From Ignavibacteriota bacterium (GTDB taxonomy: Bacteria; Bacteroidota; Ignavibacteria; Kapaibacteriales; UBA2268): a stretch of 64,000 nt of DNA. The DNA is taken from positions 158 to 64,157 of the forward strand of contig JACRLY010000069.1 in NCBI GenBank assembly GCA_016219595.1, in the 5' to 3' direction. Below the pieces are notes generated by a model. That model did no database searches. It was not told the origin of the DNA and saw nothing but the letters and a program-made list of their open reading frames with translations. This document shows positions 47,100 through 58,054 of the stretch, piece by piece. The translations under genes were made by a program, and so were the position numbers. Within the stretch, counting starts at the first letter, position 1. Each line of letters opens with the position of its first letter.

Positions 47100-48520
47100 T
47101 GAAAAAATATATCAGCTTTTTAGCTTTTGGTTTTGTTTTAATTATGGCTTCGGCATCAGCCGAAGCCCAATCTATTGAGGATGCACTCAGGTATTCAATT
47201 CCAAATGGAATTATAACTCCGCGTGTAGCAGGTTTCAATGTGTCTTATCACGGACTTTCGGATGACATAGGAGCTTTGATGTACAATCCTGCAGGTCTGA
47301 CAATTCCGGCGAGTTCCGAAATATCTGTAGGATTCGGATTCACACGTAACAGTTCAGAAACAGATTATTTAAATGTAAAAAACCTTTTAAATACAAACGA
47401 TGAATTAATTACTAACCTGGGCATTATCGTACCCATCGATACTAAGAAAAACAAAGCCTCGATTGGTATCGGCTATTTTCTTGAAAGCAATTTTGAAAAC
47501 AACATGAAATTCGATGCTTTTAATCCTAAATCAACATTTATTGCTGATGAAGCTGCCTACGGTCCTAACAGATATTATGATAATATTGCTACATATTTAA
47601 ATCTTGCTGACAGAAATTTCAACACTCCACTAAAAGATAGTCTCCAGCAATCTGCTTTGATTCAAGAGAAGGGTGGTCTTCATAACCTGACAGGCGGTTT
47701 GGCATACGATATTTCCGATGTAATTTCTGTCGGTTTTTCAATAGTAGGAAAATGGGGTACCTATAAATACACAAAGAATTACACTGAAACAGACATTTTA
47801 CATAAATATGAATATTGGGATACATCAAATTTTACAAATATTGATTTTCATCAGTTAAATATGACTGAAGATATTAATGCCGATATAACCGGAATAAGCG
47901 GTTCAGTTGGTTTCCAGGCAAGATTAATGGAATCACTTCGTTTCGGCATTACAATAAAGCTTCCTACCTGGTATGAAATTTCAGAAAAATTTTCATGGAT
48001 AGCTTCAGCCGAGTTCGATAAAAATATAATTTCTGATTCTGCTTACGTATATGATGGTAATACCAGTTATAATGTTACTACACCTTTTGTTTATTGTGCA
48101 GGATTATCTTTCAATTTCCAAGGACTGACTCTCACAGGCGGTGTGGAATACTCTGATGCTTCTCAGATTGAATTCAGCCGGGCAACCGCTGAAGTCGAAA
48201 AATACAACCAGGATATTATACAACAATTAACCGGCCAGGTTACTTATGGTTTTGGTGCAGAATATCAATTGCCTGTATTTCCTGCATTTGTTAGGGCAAG
48301 TTTTGCATCAACAACATCTCCTTATATTGATAATAATCCGAATTCGAACCTTACTATTATTTCCTTTGGCGGTGGACTGTTCATTGGGGATAAAGTAAGA
48401 TTAGACGCCCTTGTACGCATGAGGGATTATACAGATAAAAGAATTAATTACGCTGATTTAGCTTATAATTTCACATTAAAGCCTGTTGATTTCGGATTGC
48501 AGTTAACATATAGATATTAA
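47099..48520 (+). CDS. Outer-membrane beta-barrel protein (FadL/OMPP1-like)
   Basis: A signal peptide ends in ASAEAQ and is followed by SIEDALRYS...NPAGL, an N-terminal motif common in FCB-group FadL-like porins. The C-terminal residue is aromatic (LTYRY). The start overlaps the upstream stop (TAATG). Confidence 0.6.
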   Translation: MKKYISFLAFGFVLIMASASAEAQSIEDALRYSIPNGIITPRVAGFNVSYHGLSDDIGALMYNPAGLTIPASSEISVGFGFTRNSSETDYLNVKNLLNTNDELITNLGIIVPIDTKKNKASIGIGYFLESNFENNMKFDAFNPKSTFIADEAAYGPNRYYDNIATYLNLADRNFNTPLKDSLQQSALIQEKGGLHNLTGGLAYDISDVISVGFSIVGKWGTYKYTKNYTETDILHKYEYWDTSNFTNIDFHQLNMTEDINADITGISGSVGFQARLMESLRFGITIKLPTWYEISEKFSWIASAEFDKNIISDSAYVYDGNTSYNVTTPFVYCAGLSFNFQGLTLTGGVEYSDASQIEFSRATAEVEKYNQDIIQQLTGQVTYGFGAEYQLPVFPAFVRASFASTTSPYIDNNPNSNLTIISFGGGLFIGDKVRLDALVRMRDYTDKRINYADLAYNFTLKPVDFGLQLTYRY

Positions 48521-48548
48521 TTTTATTAATAAATAAGGCAGCATACAA

Positions 48549-49235
48549 ATGAAAAACATTAATATTTTTCTCTTATTATTATTGTCAATAATTTTTATTT
48601 CATGCAATGATAATTCTGTCTCAAACCCTGACTTACCGGATGACGGGGAAACCTACATCGATAATGATACAACAATAATTAACATTGACGAACATTTTAA
48701 AGGCAGTATCCTTAATACATATTTTGATTGGGAAAACAGAAATGACCGAAGGCAGGCATATCATGGTTGGGAACAAAATTTTGAAACTCCTGATACAGGA
48801 ATCAGCTTCGATTTGGGATTAAACACTTATCCAATTTATGTAAATGATTATGCTCTCTTTATTAATTCTCCAACTATGACAAATTGGGATTATAATAAAG
48901 TAAAACAAATGTTTTCTCCCGGTGCAAAAATCCTTTCGGAAAATGGAAATAATTTCAGGAGTTATTTTCGGCTTTATGTAAGAATTGCCGATGAAGTAGA
49001 AGGCACAGGAAATATAAAAAAATCAAGGGAATTTCTATCTTATAAAGGAAGTCAAAAGGATTGTTATTTCAAAATACTGTCAAGGTATATTATTGATAAA
49101 AATGACCATTATCTATTTAAATTGAAGCTCAAGCTTAAAATAAAATTATATAATAGTGAGGGGAATTATGCAGGAACAATTGAATCATCATCTTTAGTTT
49201 TAGGTGTCATCGTCAATAAAAGTACTTTTAAATAA
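48549..49235 (+). CDS. Lipoprotein, unknown function
   Basis: Lipobox IIFISCNDN. Confidence 0.5.
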   Translation: MKNINIFLLLLLSIIFISCNDNSVSNPDLPDDGETYIDNDTTIINIDEHFKGSILNTYFDWENRNDRRQAYHGWEQNFETPDTGISFDLGLNTYPIYVNDYALFINSPTMTNWDYNKVKQMFSPGAKILSENGNNFRSYFRLYVRIADEVEGTGNIKKSREFLSYKGSQKDCYFKILSRYIIDKNDHYLFKLKLKLKIKLYNSEGNYAGTIESSSLVLGVIVNKSTFK

Positions 49236-49261
49236 ATATAATGTAAAATTCTAAATCATTA

Positions 49262-49918
49262 TTATAAATCCGGTTGTTCAATAAATTGTTCTAGATAAGA
49301 TTTGTTTTTATTGTTAATCTTATTTTCTATTCTGCTGTCATTAATACTTTCAATATATTTTCCAATAATATCAAACTCAAGATTAACATATTTTCCTGTT
49401 TCTAATTCACAAAAAGTTGTCATTTTCCAAGTATGAGGTATAATAGAAACCATAAACCTGTTTATTTCTTTTTTTGCAATGGTCAAACTAACACCATCTA
49501 TGCAAACAGAACCAAGAGGAACGACATATTTTGCAAATTCGATTGGAAACTCAATCAGGAGAAGTTTCCCGGTTCCTTCGGATTGAATACTCTGTATCCT
49601 GCCAGTACAATCAACATGTCCCTGAACAAGATGACCACCGAGTCTGTCACCGAGTCTCATTGCTCTTTCCAGATTTACTTTATTTCCCGGATGAAATTTT
49701 CCTAATGTAGTCTTTCTCAATGTCTCTTCGACTGCTTCAACAGAAAACTCTTTATCACTTTTTTGAACCACTGTCTGACATGTCCCGTTTAATGAAATGG
49801 AATCATCAATCTTCAAATCATTAGTTACCAATCCGGCAGAGACTGTGATTTTATAACTGCCTGATACAGGTTTTATGATTTTTATTATTCCTACTTCTTC
49901 AATAATTCCTGTGAACAT
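49262..49918 (-). CDS. ribE: Riboflavin synthase alpha chain
   Basis: MFTGIIEEVG...SLNGTCQTV...GGHLVQGHVD...SLTI. Confidence 0.9.
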   Translation of the reverse strand: MFTGIIEEVGIIKIIKPVSGSYKITVSAGLVTNDLKIDDSISLNGTCQTVVQKSDKEFSVEAVEETLRKTTLGKFHPGNKVNLERAMRLGDRLGGHLVQGHVDCTGRIQSIQSEGTGKLLLIEFPIEFAKYVVPLGSVCIDGVSLTIAKKEINRFMVSIIPHTWKMTTFCELETGKYVNLEFDIIGKYIESINDSRIENKINNKNKSYLEQFIEQPDL

Positions 49919-49975
49919 AATTAGTCTGTATAATTTTATTCATCAAATTAAATTTCAAAATCTAAAATATAAAAT

Positions 49976-52135
49976 TTATTTAACATCGTCAGATATAAAT
50001 GCTAAATCAATTTTCCTGTCATCGGTATTAACATGTGTAATCTTTACTCTAACCCTTTTCCCGATTGTGAATGACCTTTTATGCCTTTTACCAATAAGCC
50101 TGTAGTTGTGTTCGTCAAAGTAATAAAAATCATCATGCAAGTCCCTGATATGAAGTAAACCTTCTGCAAATATTTCATCGAGGAGAACAAATAGCCCGAA
50201 GCTGATAACTCCGGATATTGTACCGTTAAATTCCTTGCCAAGATAATTCGAAGCAAGCATAGTCTGAGCTAATTTTACTGAAGCCCTTTCTGCATCGACT
50301 GCTATTCTTTCCCTGTCCGAACAGTGTTCTGCAATGATTTTCATTTCAGATTCAAGAAATTTGAACCTCTCAAGCTTTACTTTATCTTTACAATATTCTT
50401 TCAATAACCGGTGAACTTCTAAGTCAGGATACCTCCTTATCGGGGAAGTAAAATGGGTATAATCAGAGAACCCTAAGCCATAATGCCCGATATTATTTTT
50501 CGAGTATACCGCTTTTGCCATAGAACGTAACAGCATCTGATGCACAACAGGTCTTTCAGGTAAGTCTTTGAACCTATCCAGGAAATTATTTATATCTACC
50601 GAACGATTTCCTTTTAAAGAAATAGAAGGACGTAATGTTTTTAAAAATTCTAATACCTCTTTTAATTTTTTCGGCTCAGGCTCATCATGTATCCTGTAAA
50701 TGAATGGTAGAATTTTCTTGTTTGTTTTATCTGTTCCGCTAGTTTGATATTTCCTTGTTAATACCTTAAGGTGACCGGCAACAACCTGATTAGCTGCGAG
50801 CATACATTCTTCAACTAAAATTGTAGCTTGAGAGCTTCTTTTCAGGACAGCCTGGTTTGGAATTCCATCTTCAAGTTTGAATTTGACTTCGAATGTATCA
50901 AAATCAATTCCTCCTTTAGAAAACCTCTTTTTCCTTAAAGATTGTGCTAGTTTATTAAGTGACTGAAGTAATTCTGAAAATTGACCTTCACCGGAAATCA
51001 GAATTTTATCAACTTCATCATAATTAAATCTCTTTTTGCTTTTAATAACCGATTCGTGTATTTCATATTTTTTAATTTCAGCAGAACCACTAAACTCCAT
51101 AAATACAGAATAAGCAAGTCTTACCTTATTTGGCTGAAGTTAACAAATATTATTGGAAAGAATCTCAGGAAGCATCGGTATTCCCCGGTCAACAAGATAA
51201 ATACTGTTTCCACGCCATCTGGCTTCATTGTCGATATTTGAATTTTCTTTAATGTAATGGCTAACGTCTGCAATGTGAACCCCGAGTTCATAGTTTCCAT
51301 TTGGTAATAATTTTAATGACAAAGCATCATCAAAATCCTTTGCATCAGTAGGGTCTATTGTAATAATTGTTTCTTTTCTTAAATCGAGACGGTTTTCTAT
51401 TATGTCAGCAGATACAGGTATTGATACTTCTTCTGCTTCGGTAATCACATCAGGACTAAAATCTCCCGGCAAATAAAATTCTTCTACAACTGAGTCAAAA
51501 TCTGCAGTAGGAGCAGGTTTCCGTTTCAAAATCTCTTTTACTTCCGCTACCGGACTTTTCATCCTGTCATCCCACATTATAAATGCTGCACTAACTCTAT
51601 CATTATGTTTAGCTCCGTTCAGCTTATTCTTGGGTATGATGAAATCAACATAGTATTTATCATCTTCCGGCAAAAGGTAATAGATATTATTATCGAGTTC
51701 AATAGTACCCCTGATTAAATGCTGAGAACGGTTTATTATATTTATAACTTCTCCTCTTGCTTTGTTCCCTTTCCTGATACCGTGAATTTTTATATGAACA
51801 GTATCTCCTTCAAAAGCAGTCATAAGATGTTTCTTTTTTATGTATACCTTTTTAAATTCACCATTTTTTAATTCGACAAATGGTTTATCATCCTTTATTT
51901 TAAGAATTCCTTTATTGTCTGTTGTGTCATCATAATCAATCAATACATATTTCCTTCTTGGCAATCTTTTTATGATATTCAGATTGCACAATTCCTTCAT
52001 TATTGATTTTAATTTTTGATATTCGATGGAATTTGATTTTATTAGTAATGATTTTGACAAGTCATACATTTGTATGGGCACAGGAGATTCCCGAAGTATA
52101 TTTATTATCTTATCTATTAATATATTTTTTTCCAT
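49976..52135 (-). pseudogene. rnr: Ribonuclease R interrupted by one in-frame TAA (51140-51142)
   Basis: The N-terminal ORF ends ...GIPMLPEILSNNIC*. The same frame continues LQPNKVRLAYSVFMEFSG... into the RNB and S1 domains (HYGLGFSDYTHFTSPIRRYPD). The TAA occupies the position of the conserved Ser in LSNxxCSL. Confidence 0.75.
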
Positions 52136-52188
52136 ATATATTTATTATCTTTTATTGATAAGATTTTAAAACCTTACCCGGATTTATA

Positions 52189-54513
52189 TTAAGTGTAGAC
52201 TGAAACACAATTTGTTTTTCCGATTGATATTTCGAGCACCTTTCTGGTATTTGAAATCAAATCCTCAACATTATCGGCTTTTGCTGATTCCGAGATGCCC
52301 ATACTGACCGTAACATTAAATCTTTTATTTTCGATTTTAAATTCTGATGTTGCAATTTCCGACCTTACTTTTTCAGCCCAAATTTTCGACTCGTTCAGGT
52401 TTGAACCTATCAAAACTATACCAAGTGTTGTCGAATCAACTCTTCCGAAAATATCGAAACTGCGTATATGTTTATGAATTACTTTTGTTATATGTTCAAT
52501 AACGAGCTCTGCTCTGTCCTGGTATTTTTCAGGGTCAAAGGAAGCATATTTATCAAAATGTATAAGACAGAAAGTAAACTTAGATTTGATTTCTTTGCTC
52601 CTGAAAAACTCTTCTTCAAGTCTTTGATACAAAGCAGGAGGATTATATAATCCTGTCGAAATATCTATTAAAGAGCTGAATTGAAGTACTTTGTAAAATT
52701 GAATCTGCTCGAGGGCTGCTCCTGCGTGTTCTCCGAGGGTTTCAAGTACATTAACATCATATGAAGTCATGCTCGAAGGATTTATTCCTTCGACAAATAA
52801 TGCTCCATAATTATTTGTAAATGTCTTTAAAGGGACAGAAACAAAATATCCTTTTGCAGTTCTTGACTCATCCGGATTAAAACGTATAACAGATTCGTCG
52901 ACAGGTGTTATGAATACAGTTTTATTTGAAGACATTGATCTGCCCACTAAGGATGATTGAATATTTATGATTGTTCCCTGTATATTGTCTGCTTCGGCAT
53001 CTTTTGTTCTGTATGATTTGATTGTCCATTTATTTAATGATTCATCAAATGAGCAAATACCCATATTGGAAAATTCAAATACTCCGGTTGCAGCATCAAC
53101 GACTGATTCTATTATATCGTCAACAGTAGCATTCCTGTTTGCACTAATAGACCTGAATTTATTAATTGCCTGCAATGTTCTTGAATTTTGTTTCAAATCA
53201 TGTTTTTCTATATAACTATGAATTAGGGAACCGATTAATTTTGTGAAATGTCCGAGAAATCCAACAGTATTTGCATCATACGAATCTGCGACATCAGAAT
53301 CGGCACAGATAATACCAATAATTGAACCGTCATAAAATACGGGTACTCCGATGAAAGAGCTGGTTCCGACAGCTTGCCTGTAATAAGGTATCAAATCGAG
53401 TTCTGCTGCCGGATTTATTTCAGTTAAAATTTCAGGTTTAAGATTTTTCACTATTTGACTAACTATATCATTTCCGATTGGAAATTTTAATTTCTTAGTT
53501 ATCGCCGGGGGAAAGTCACTAACAAATGCTTCTAATATCAGTTCCCCTTTATCCGTATTAACCATAATGAATGTTGCTGTTCTTGTTATCGTTACTGACC
53601 TGATTATTGTTAATGCTTTCGATAAAAAATATTGAAATTCTTTTCTCGGTTCCTGCCCGAATACAGGTTCATTTTCAATTAGTTCAGAAATAGGAATATC
53701 AAGATGTTTTTCTTTATATTTTTCTTTGTTATCCTGAATATCATAAATTGGTTTTATACCTAAAGTCTTTGAATCCGGCTCTTTTATTGTTTTTGATATA
53801 TGCTCTTTCAAATCTTCAATAAGTTTTGAAGTTGATTTAGCCTCATTTCTCTCGTCGGGAATTTCAGCAATGGGAATCTTCTTTGGTTCAGTATCAAATA
53901 ATTCAGGTTCTTTTTTTGATAATATTTCTTCAGATATTCGTTGTTCTTTCTTCCCTATGATTTTTAATCCTGACATTTCTTCTTCAAATTCATAACCTGA
54001 ATCTAATTTAATTTGTGGTTTTTCAATTTCGGGTAATTTATAATTTATTTCTTCAATTACTTGTCTTTCGTCCGGAGATTGTTCCCCTTCCCCGGATTCA
54101 GTTTTCCGAATTATTCTAAATCCTTCCTCCTGGGTCATATATTCTTCAATTACAGGTTGAGTTGGTCTTTGAGTATCGGAAGTTTCCCTCATCTTCTGTT
54201 CTTCAGGGCTGAAAGTAGCTTCAAAATTTTCGATTGTCTGCCTTTTGGCTGCTGTATCCTTTTTTATTGTTATATGATAATTAGGGGCAGGAGTTGAAGC
54301 TTTAAATTTATTTGATTCAACAATTTCTGACATTCTCTGCGAAATCAACATAAACAGAGCAACAGAACCCAATATCATAATTGAGATTCCAATTAACCGG
54401 ATGGCTAATTCTGAAAGAAAAAGTGCAATTAATAGTCCAATTAATATTACAACAATTGCTATGCTGTCACTTGGAATAAGTACCTTTTTAATGTTTATTT
54501 TTCTTTTGTTCAT
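52189..54513 (-). CDS. Membrane-anchored GAF-domain protein with degenerate GGDEF domain
   Basis: It has N-terminal TMs, an acidic linker and GAF-like regions. The C-terminal GGDEF fold begins GLYNPPALYQRLEEE, but the active-site position reads FGRVDSTTLG (52421-52455) instead of RxGGDEF. Confidence 0.65.
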   Translation of the reverse strand: MNKRKINIKKVLIPSDSIAIVVILIGLLIALFLSELAIRLIGISIMILGSVALFMLISQRMSEIVESNKFKASTPAPNYHITIKKDTAAKRQTIENFEATFSPEEQKMRETSDTQRPTQPVIEEYMTQEEGFRIIRKTESGEGEQSPDERQVIEEINYKLPEIEKPQIKLDSGYEFEEEMSGLKIIGKKEQRISEEILSKKEPELFDTEPKKIPIAEIPDERNEAKSTSKLIEDLKEHISKTIKEPDSKTLGIKPIYDIQDNKEKYKEKHLDIPISELIENEPVFGQEPRKEFQYFLSKALTIIRSVTITRTATFIMVNTDKGELILEAFVSDFPPAITKKLKFPIGNDIVSQIVKNLKPEILTEINPAAELDLIPYYRQAVGTSSFIGVPVFYDGSIIGIICADSDVADSYDANTVGFLGHFTKLIGSLIHSYIEKHDLKQNSRTLQAINKFRSISANRNATVDDIIESVVDAATGVFEFSNMGICSFDESLNKWTIKSYRTKDAEADNIQGTIINIQSSLVGRSMSSNKTVFITPVDESVIRFNPDESRTAKGYFVSVPLKTFTNNYGALFVEGINPSSMTSYDVNVLETLGEHAGAALEQIQFYKVLQFSSLIDISTGLYNPPALYQRLEEEFFRSKEIKSKFTFCLIHFDKYASFDPEKYQDRAELVIEHITKVIHKHIRSFDIFGRVDSTTLGIVLIGSNLNESKIWAEKVRSEIATSEFKIENKRFNVTVSMGISESAKADNVEDLISNTRKVLEISIGKTNCVSVYT

Positions 54514-54669
54514 TTTCTATGTTGATCTGTATTATACTGTTCATTTTATTCAAAATTAACAAATAATAATTTCATAAGGCTAAAAATTAACAGAGTTTAC
54601 ACAACTTTTGGATGTGTAAAACATATAAAAGGGTTGAAAAATAAATTTAGTTACTTAACGATTTATTGA

Positions 54670-55665
54670 TTATAATTTGAATTGTCCTAAATACTCCCAT
54701 GATAGTTTTGATTGAACAGATTCTTTAAAAGGTTCAAATCTTACTTTACATTCTGAGTCAATTGTAAATTCAGCATCAACTTTGGAAATAATCCCCCTCG
54801 GATTAATCTGGAATATATAAAATCCTTCACCTTTAACTGAATCAATATGCGCAGGTTTTGTAACTCCAAAAAAGTATGAATCTTTTGGAATTGCCTTTAG
54901 ATTCTTAGTCTTTGATTCTATAGTAATATTACCATTATTGTATTCCACAATTTTAGAATCGACTGTATCAATAAAATCTTTTCCGTCAATTTCAATTGTA
55001 AAAGGTGAATGCCAGATACTGTCTTTTGCCATTGGTACTTGCTGAAAAACAATCTTTTGCAAATCGGTAATATGCTTTAACCTGTTGTCTGAAAGCCCGT
55101 CAAACCAAATCAGGTTTTTAAGTTCATCTTTACTGTTTGTTCCGAATTTAGCATCTTCACTTTTAATATAATCAATAACTTCTTCAATGTCGGGGCTTTC
55201 TATTTTTGCAACTTCCCCATAAGGAGAATATGTCATTTCGAATTGCCTGTTCAAAGGCACTGACATTGCTTCGAGGTCTTTCAATTTAACTGGTTTTATT
55301 TGGTCTGCCTGTGAATTAAACTCATAAACTTTATCGGCATCGGTTAACTTATAGAGCATAGAATCAATTACTATTTTCAGAGTTTCAAAACCATTTTCGG
55401 GTTTATTAAAAATTGTAATTGTCATAAAATAGGTAAGCACTCTCTTAAATTCCTTAGTGCTCGAATCACTGTAAATGCGTTTTACATTTGTTGTTTCTGT
55501 ATACTTGTAAACTCTGTATGCGTTTGTATGATAAATGACTTTCGGTTTAAATTTTTCAACTTCTTCTTTTTTATTTTCATTATCGAGACCTTTCCTGGTG
55601 TCATCGGCAAAATTTGTATATGTAAATAATGCAAATACCGAAAATAATATTATTATTTTTTTCAT
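54670..55665 (-). CDS. Secreted hypothetical protein
   Basis: ORF with a signal peptide. No motif recognised. Confidence 0.5.
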   Translation of the reverse strand: MKKIIILFSVFALFTYTNFADDTRKGLDNENKKEEVEKFKPKVIYHTNAYRVYKYTETTNVKRIYSDSSTKEFKRVLTYFMTITIFNKPENGFETLKIVIDSMLYKLTDADKVYEFNSQADQIKPVKLKDLEAMSVPLNRQFEMTYSPYGEVAKIESPDIEEVIDYIKSEDAKFGTNSKDELKNLIWFDGLSDNRLKHITDLQKIVFQQVPMAKDSIWHSPFTIEIDGKDFIDTVDSKIVEYNNGNITIESKTKNLKAIPKDSYFFGVTKPAHIDSVKGEGFYIFQINPRGIISKVDAEFTIDSECKVRFEPFKESVQSKLSWEYLGQFKL

Positions 55666-55684
55666 TTTCTTTTTTCCTCATAAA

Positions 55685-56227
55685 CTAACTAATTTTTGTA
55701 ATAATTGCCGTGTAAATAGCCCAGGCTGCCAGAGTCATTCCATCCCAAATATCACCACTAATAATTCTTTCACTAATATCCTTATTGGTCAATTCCATAA
55801 TTTCAAATTCTTCGCTTTCTTCAGGATTTGGCTTTTCTTTAATTAAATCTTCTGCTAAAAATATATGACATATTTCGTTTGCAACTCCATTGTAAGGATT
55901 ATACTCACCAACTTTTTTTAAAGAATTGGAATTGTACCCGGTTTCTTCCTTCAGCTCTTTTACTGCATTTTCCAAAGGTGTTAGATTTTTATTTAATCCT
56001 CCGCCGGGAAACTCTAAACTTGTTTTGTTATTTAAATACCTGAACTGGTTAATCATTACAAATTTATTTTTAACTGTCACCGGAATAATCATAGTTGCAC
56101 CGGTAGAATGGACATAATGGTAATCCCCGGTTTTGCCATTTGGCATTTTATATTTATCAACTTTGTATTCCCAAAATGGATTAACAAATTTGGATTCGGA
56201 ACTTATTTGTTCAAGTACTTTCAACAT
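55685..56227 (-). CDS. NUDIX hydrolase (ADP-ribose pyrophosphatase-like)
   Basis: Nudix box GGGLNKNLTPLENAVKELKEETGY. Confidence 0.8.
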   Translation of the reverse strand: MLKVLEQISSESKFVNPFWEYKVDKYKMPNGKTGDYHYVHSTGATMIIPVTVKNKFVMINQFRYLNNKTSLEFPGGGLNKNLTPLENAVKELKEETGYNSNSLKKVGEYNPYNGVANEICHIFLAEDLIKEKPNPEESEEFEIMELTNKDISERIISGDIWDGMTLAAWAIYTAIITKIS

Positions 56228-56250
56228 ATTAGAATTTAGATTTACTTGTT

Positions 56251-56679
56251 TTAATCACAGAGAACCAATTCACTTTTACTAAAGAAAAATCCGATTTCAA
56301 TTATTCCATTCTCTTTAGAATCAGAGCCATGAACGGCATTAAAAGATTTTGATTCACCATATAGTTTCCTTACAGTACCTGTTTCAGCCAAAGCCGGATC
56401 AGTATTGCCGATTAATTTCCTGTAATCTTCGATTGCATTCTCTTTTTCCAACGCAATTGGTACGATTGGACCGCTGCACATATATTCTACGAGGTCAGAA
56501 TAAAAAGGTCTTTCCTTGTGCACTTCATAAAAAAAGCCTGCCTGTTCTTTGTTTAACCTTGTATATTTCATTCCAAGTATCCTGAATCCTGCTTTGGTTA
56601 TCATACTTACAATTTCACCGATTACATTTTTTTTCACAGCATCCGGCTTAATAATAGCTAAAGTTCTTTCAATCATCAT
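56251..56679 (-). CDS. ndk: Nucleoside diphosphate kinase
   Basis: [12 protein letters not shown]...NAVHGSDS. Confidence 0.9.
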   Translation of the reverse strand: MMIERTLAIIKPDAVKKNVIGEIVSMITKAGFRILGMKYTRLNKEQAGFFYEVHKERPFYSDLVEYMCSGPIVPIALEKENAIEDYRKLIGNTDPALAETGTVRKLYGESKSFNAVHGSDSKENGIIEIGFFFSKSELVLCD

Positions 56680-56857
56680 TTCCTCAAATTATAATGACAC
56701 ATTAATTACGAATTGGTCTCAAAAATTTTAATAAAATATTGGTTAATTGACGAAATATGTATAAAAGCATTTTTCCAATTAAATATATCCCCGATGATAA
56801 AACACGTAGAGACAGAACTTTGTTCTGTCTCTACTCAAATCTGTTCATATATTTATT

Positions 56858-57826
56858 CTACTTAGTTTTTTTCAAAGTAGCGACCTTAGTCGTTACTGTT
56901 TTCTTTGTTTTTTTTATACTCGGCTTTTTGGATTTCAATGCATTTGCAACTGTTATGCCAATATTGGCAGGTGATTCAACTACAAAAATTCCTGCCTCCT
57001 GCAATGCTTTGATTTTCTCTGAAGCTGTACCTTTACCGCCTGAAATAATTGCTCCTGCATGTCCCATTCTTCTTCCGGGAGGTGCTGTCCTTCCCGCAAT
57101 GAAACCAATAACAGGTTTTTTAACATTTTTCTTAATATAATCGGCAGCAGTTTCTTCTGCATTTCCTCCAATTTCGCCGATCATCATTATTGCTTCAGTG
57201 TCAGGGTCTTCATTAAATAATTTAATTACATCCAGGAATTGTGTACCGATAATCGGGTCACCGCCGATACCAATACAGGTCGATTGTCCAAGCCCCATGT
57301 CAGATATCTGCTTCACTGCTTCATAGGTTAATGTGCCACTCCTGGAGACAACACCGACTTTGCCGGGATTATGGATAAACCCTGGCATAATGCCGATTTT
57401 ACACTCACCGGGAGTGATAATTCCCGGGCAGTTCGGTCCTATTAACCTGGTATTTGAAGCTTTCAAAGCAGAGTTAACTTTTATCATGTCCTTTGTCGGA
57501 ACTCCTTCTGTGATGGTAACAACAAGTTTTATTCCCGCATCTATTGCTTCAAGTATAGCATCTGCTGCTGCCTGAGGTGGAACAAATATTATAGATACAT
57601 CTGCTCCGGTTTTTTCGACTCCTTCTTTGACGGTATTGAAAATCGGAACCGGTTTTTTGAAAATTGATTCACCCTTACCGTTATAGTCTTGTCCTCCTTT
57701 ACCGGGGGTAACTCCTCCTACGATTTTAGTCCCGTATTCAATCATTTGTGCTGTGTGGAATGTACCTTCGGAACCGGTTATACCCTGAACAATCACTTTG
57801 GATTTTTTGTTTACTAAAATACTCAT
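56858..57826 (-). CDS. sucD: Succinyl-CoA synthetase alpha subunit with Lys-rich C-terminal extension
   Basis: [15 protein letters not shown]...[14 protein letters not shown] includes the catalytic His. A tail ([25 protein letters not shown]) extends beyond the usual C-terminus. Confidence 0.85.
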   Translation of the reverse strand: MSILVNKKSKVIVQGITGSEGTFHTAQMIEYGTKIVGGVTPGKGGQDYNGKGESIFKKPVPIFNTVKEGVEKTGADVSIIFVPPQAAADAILEAIDAGIKLVVTITEGVPTKDMIKVNSALKASNTRLIGPNCPGIITPGECKIGIMPGFIHNPGKVGVVSRSGTLTYEAVKQISDMGLGQSTCIGIGGDPIIGTQFLDVIKLFNEDPDTEAIMMIGEIGGNAEETAADYIKKNVKKPVIGFIAGRTAPPGRRMGHAGAIISGGKGTASEKIKALQEAGIFVVESPANIGITVANALKSKKPSIKKTKKTVTTKVATLKKTK

Positions 57827-58054
57827 AATGTTTCCTGTATTTATTATTTTTTCTTAGAATATGATTTTTCAATTAATATAGATATGCAAATTAATAATAT
57901 ATTGGTAATTCTCAATTCCGAATTAAGATTTTATATATTACTATTACAATTTGTAATATTAAAGTTGTTTCGCTTTTCTTTTATTTTTCTTTAGGATTTT
58001 GTAATTTGCCTTGCATAATAACAAGGGTATGGCAATTTATTTTAATGTAAACTT

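Noticed and set aside
46047-47238. Multiple overlapping ORFs on both strands (46047-46229, 46066-46311, 46189-46542, 46840-47178, 46903-47238).
   Set aside because: They arise from the low-complexity, repeat-rich coding sequence of the 45906-47099 lipoprotein gene. Only that frame has a lipobox and coupling to the downstream gene.
51140-51142. Stop-codon reassignment or programmed readthrough as the explanation for the TAA in rnr.
   Set aside because: TAA terminates many clearly complete genes in this window (for example livG, livF, ribE and ndk), and all long ORFs read well in the standard code.
56757-57140. 127-aa plus-strand ORF opposite sucD, and other antisense ORFs inside long genes (for example 10159-10575, 24218-24568, 34888-35373 and 26683-27291).
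   Set aside because: They are embedded antisense to CDSs with strong family motifs, which is typical of shadow ORFs.
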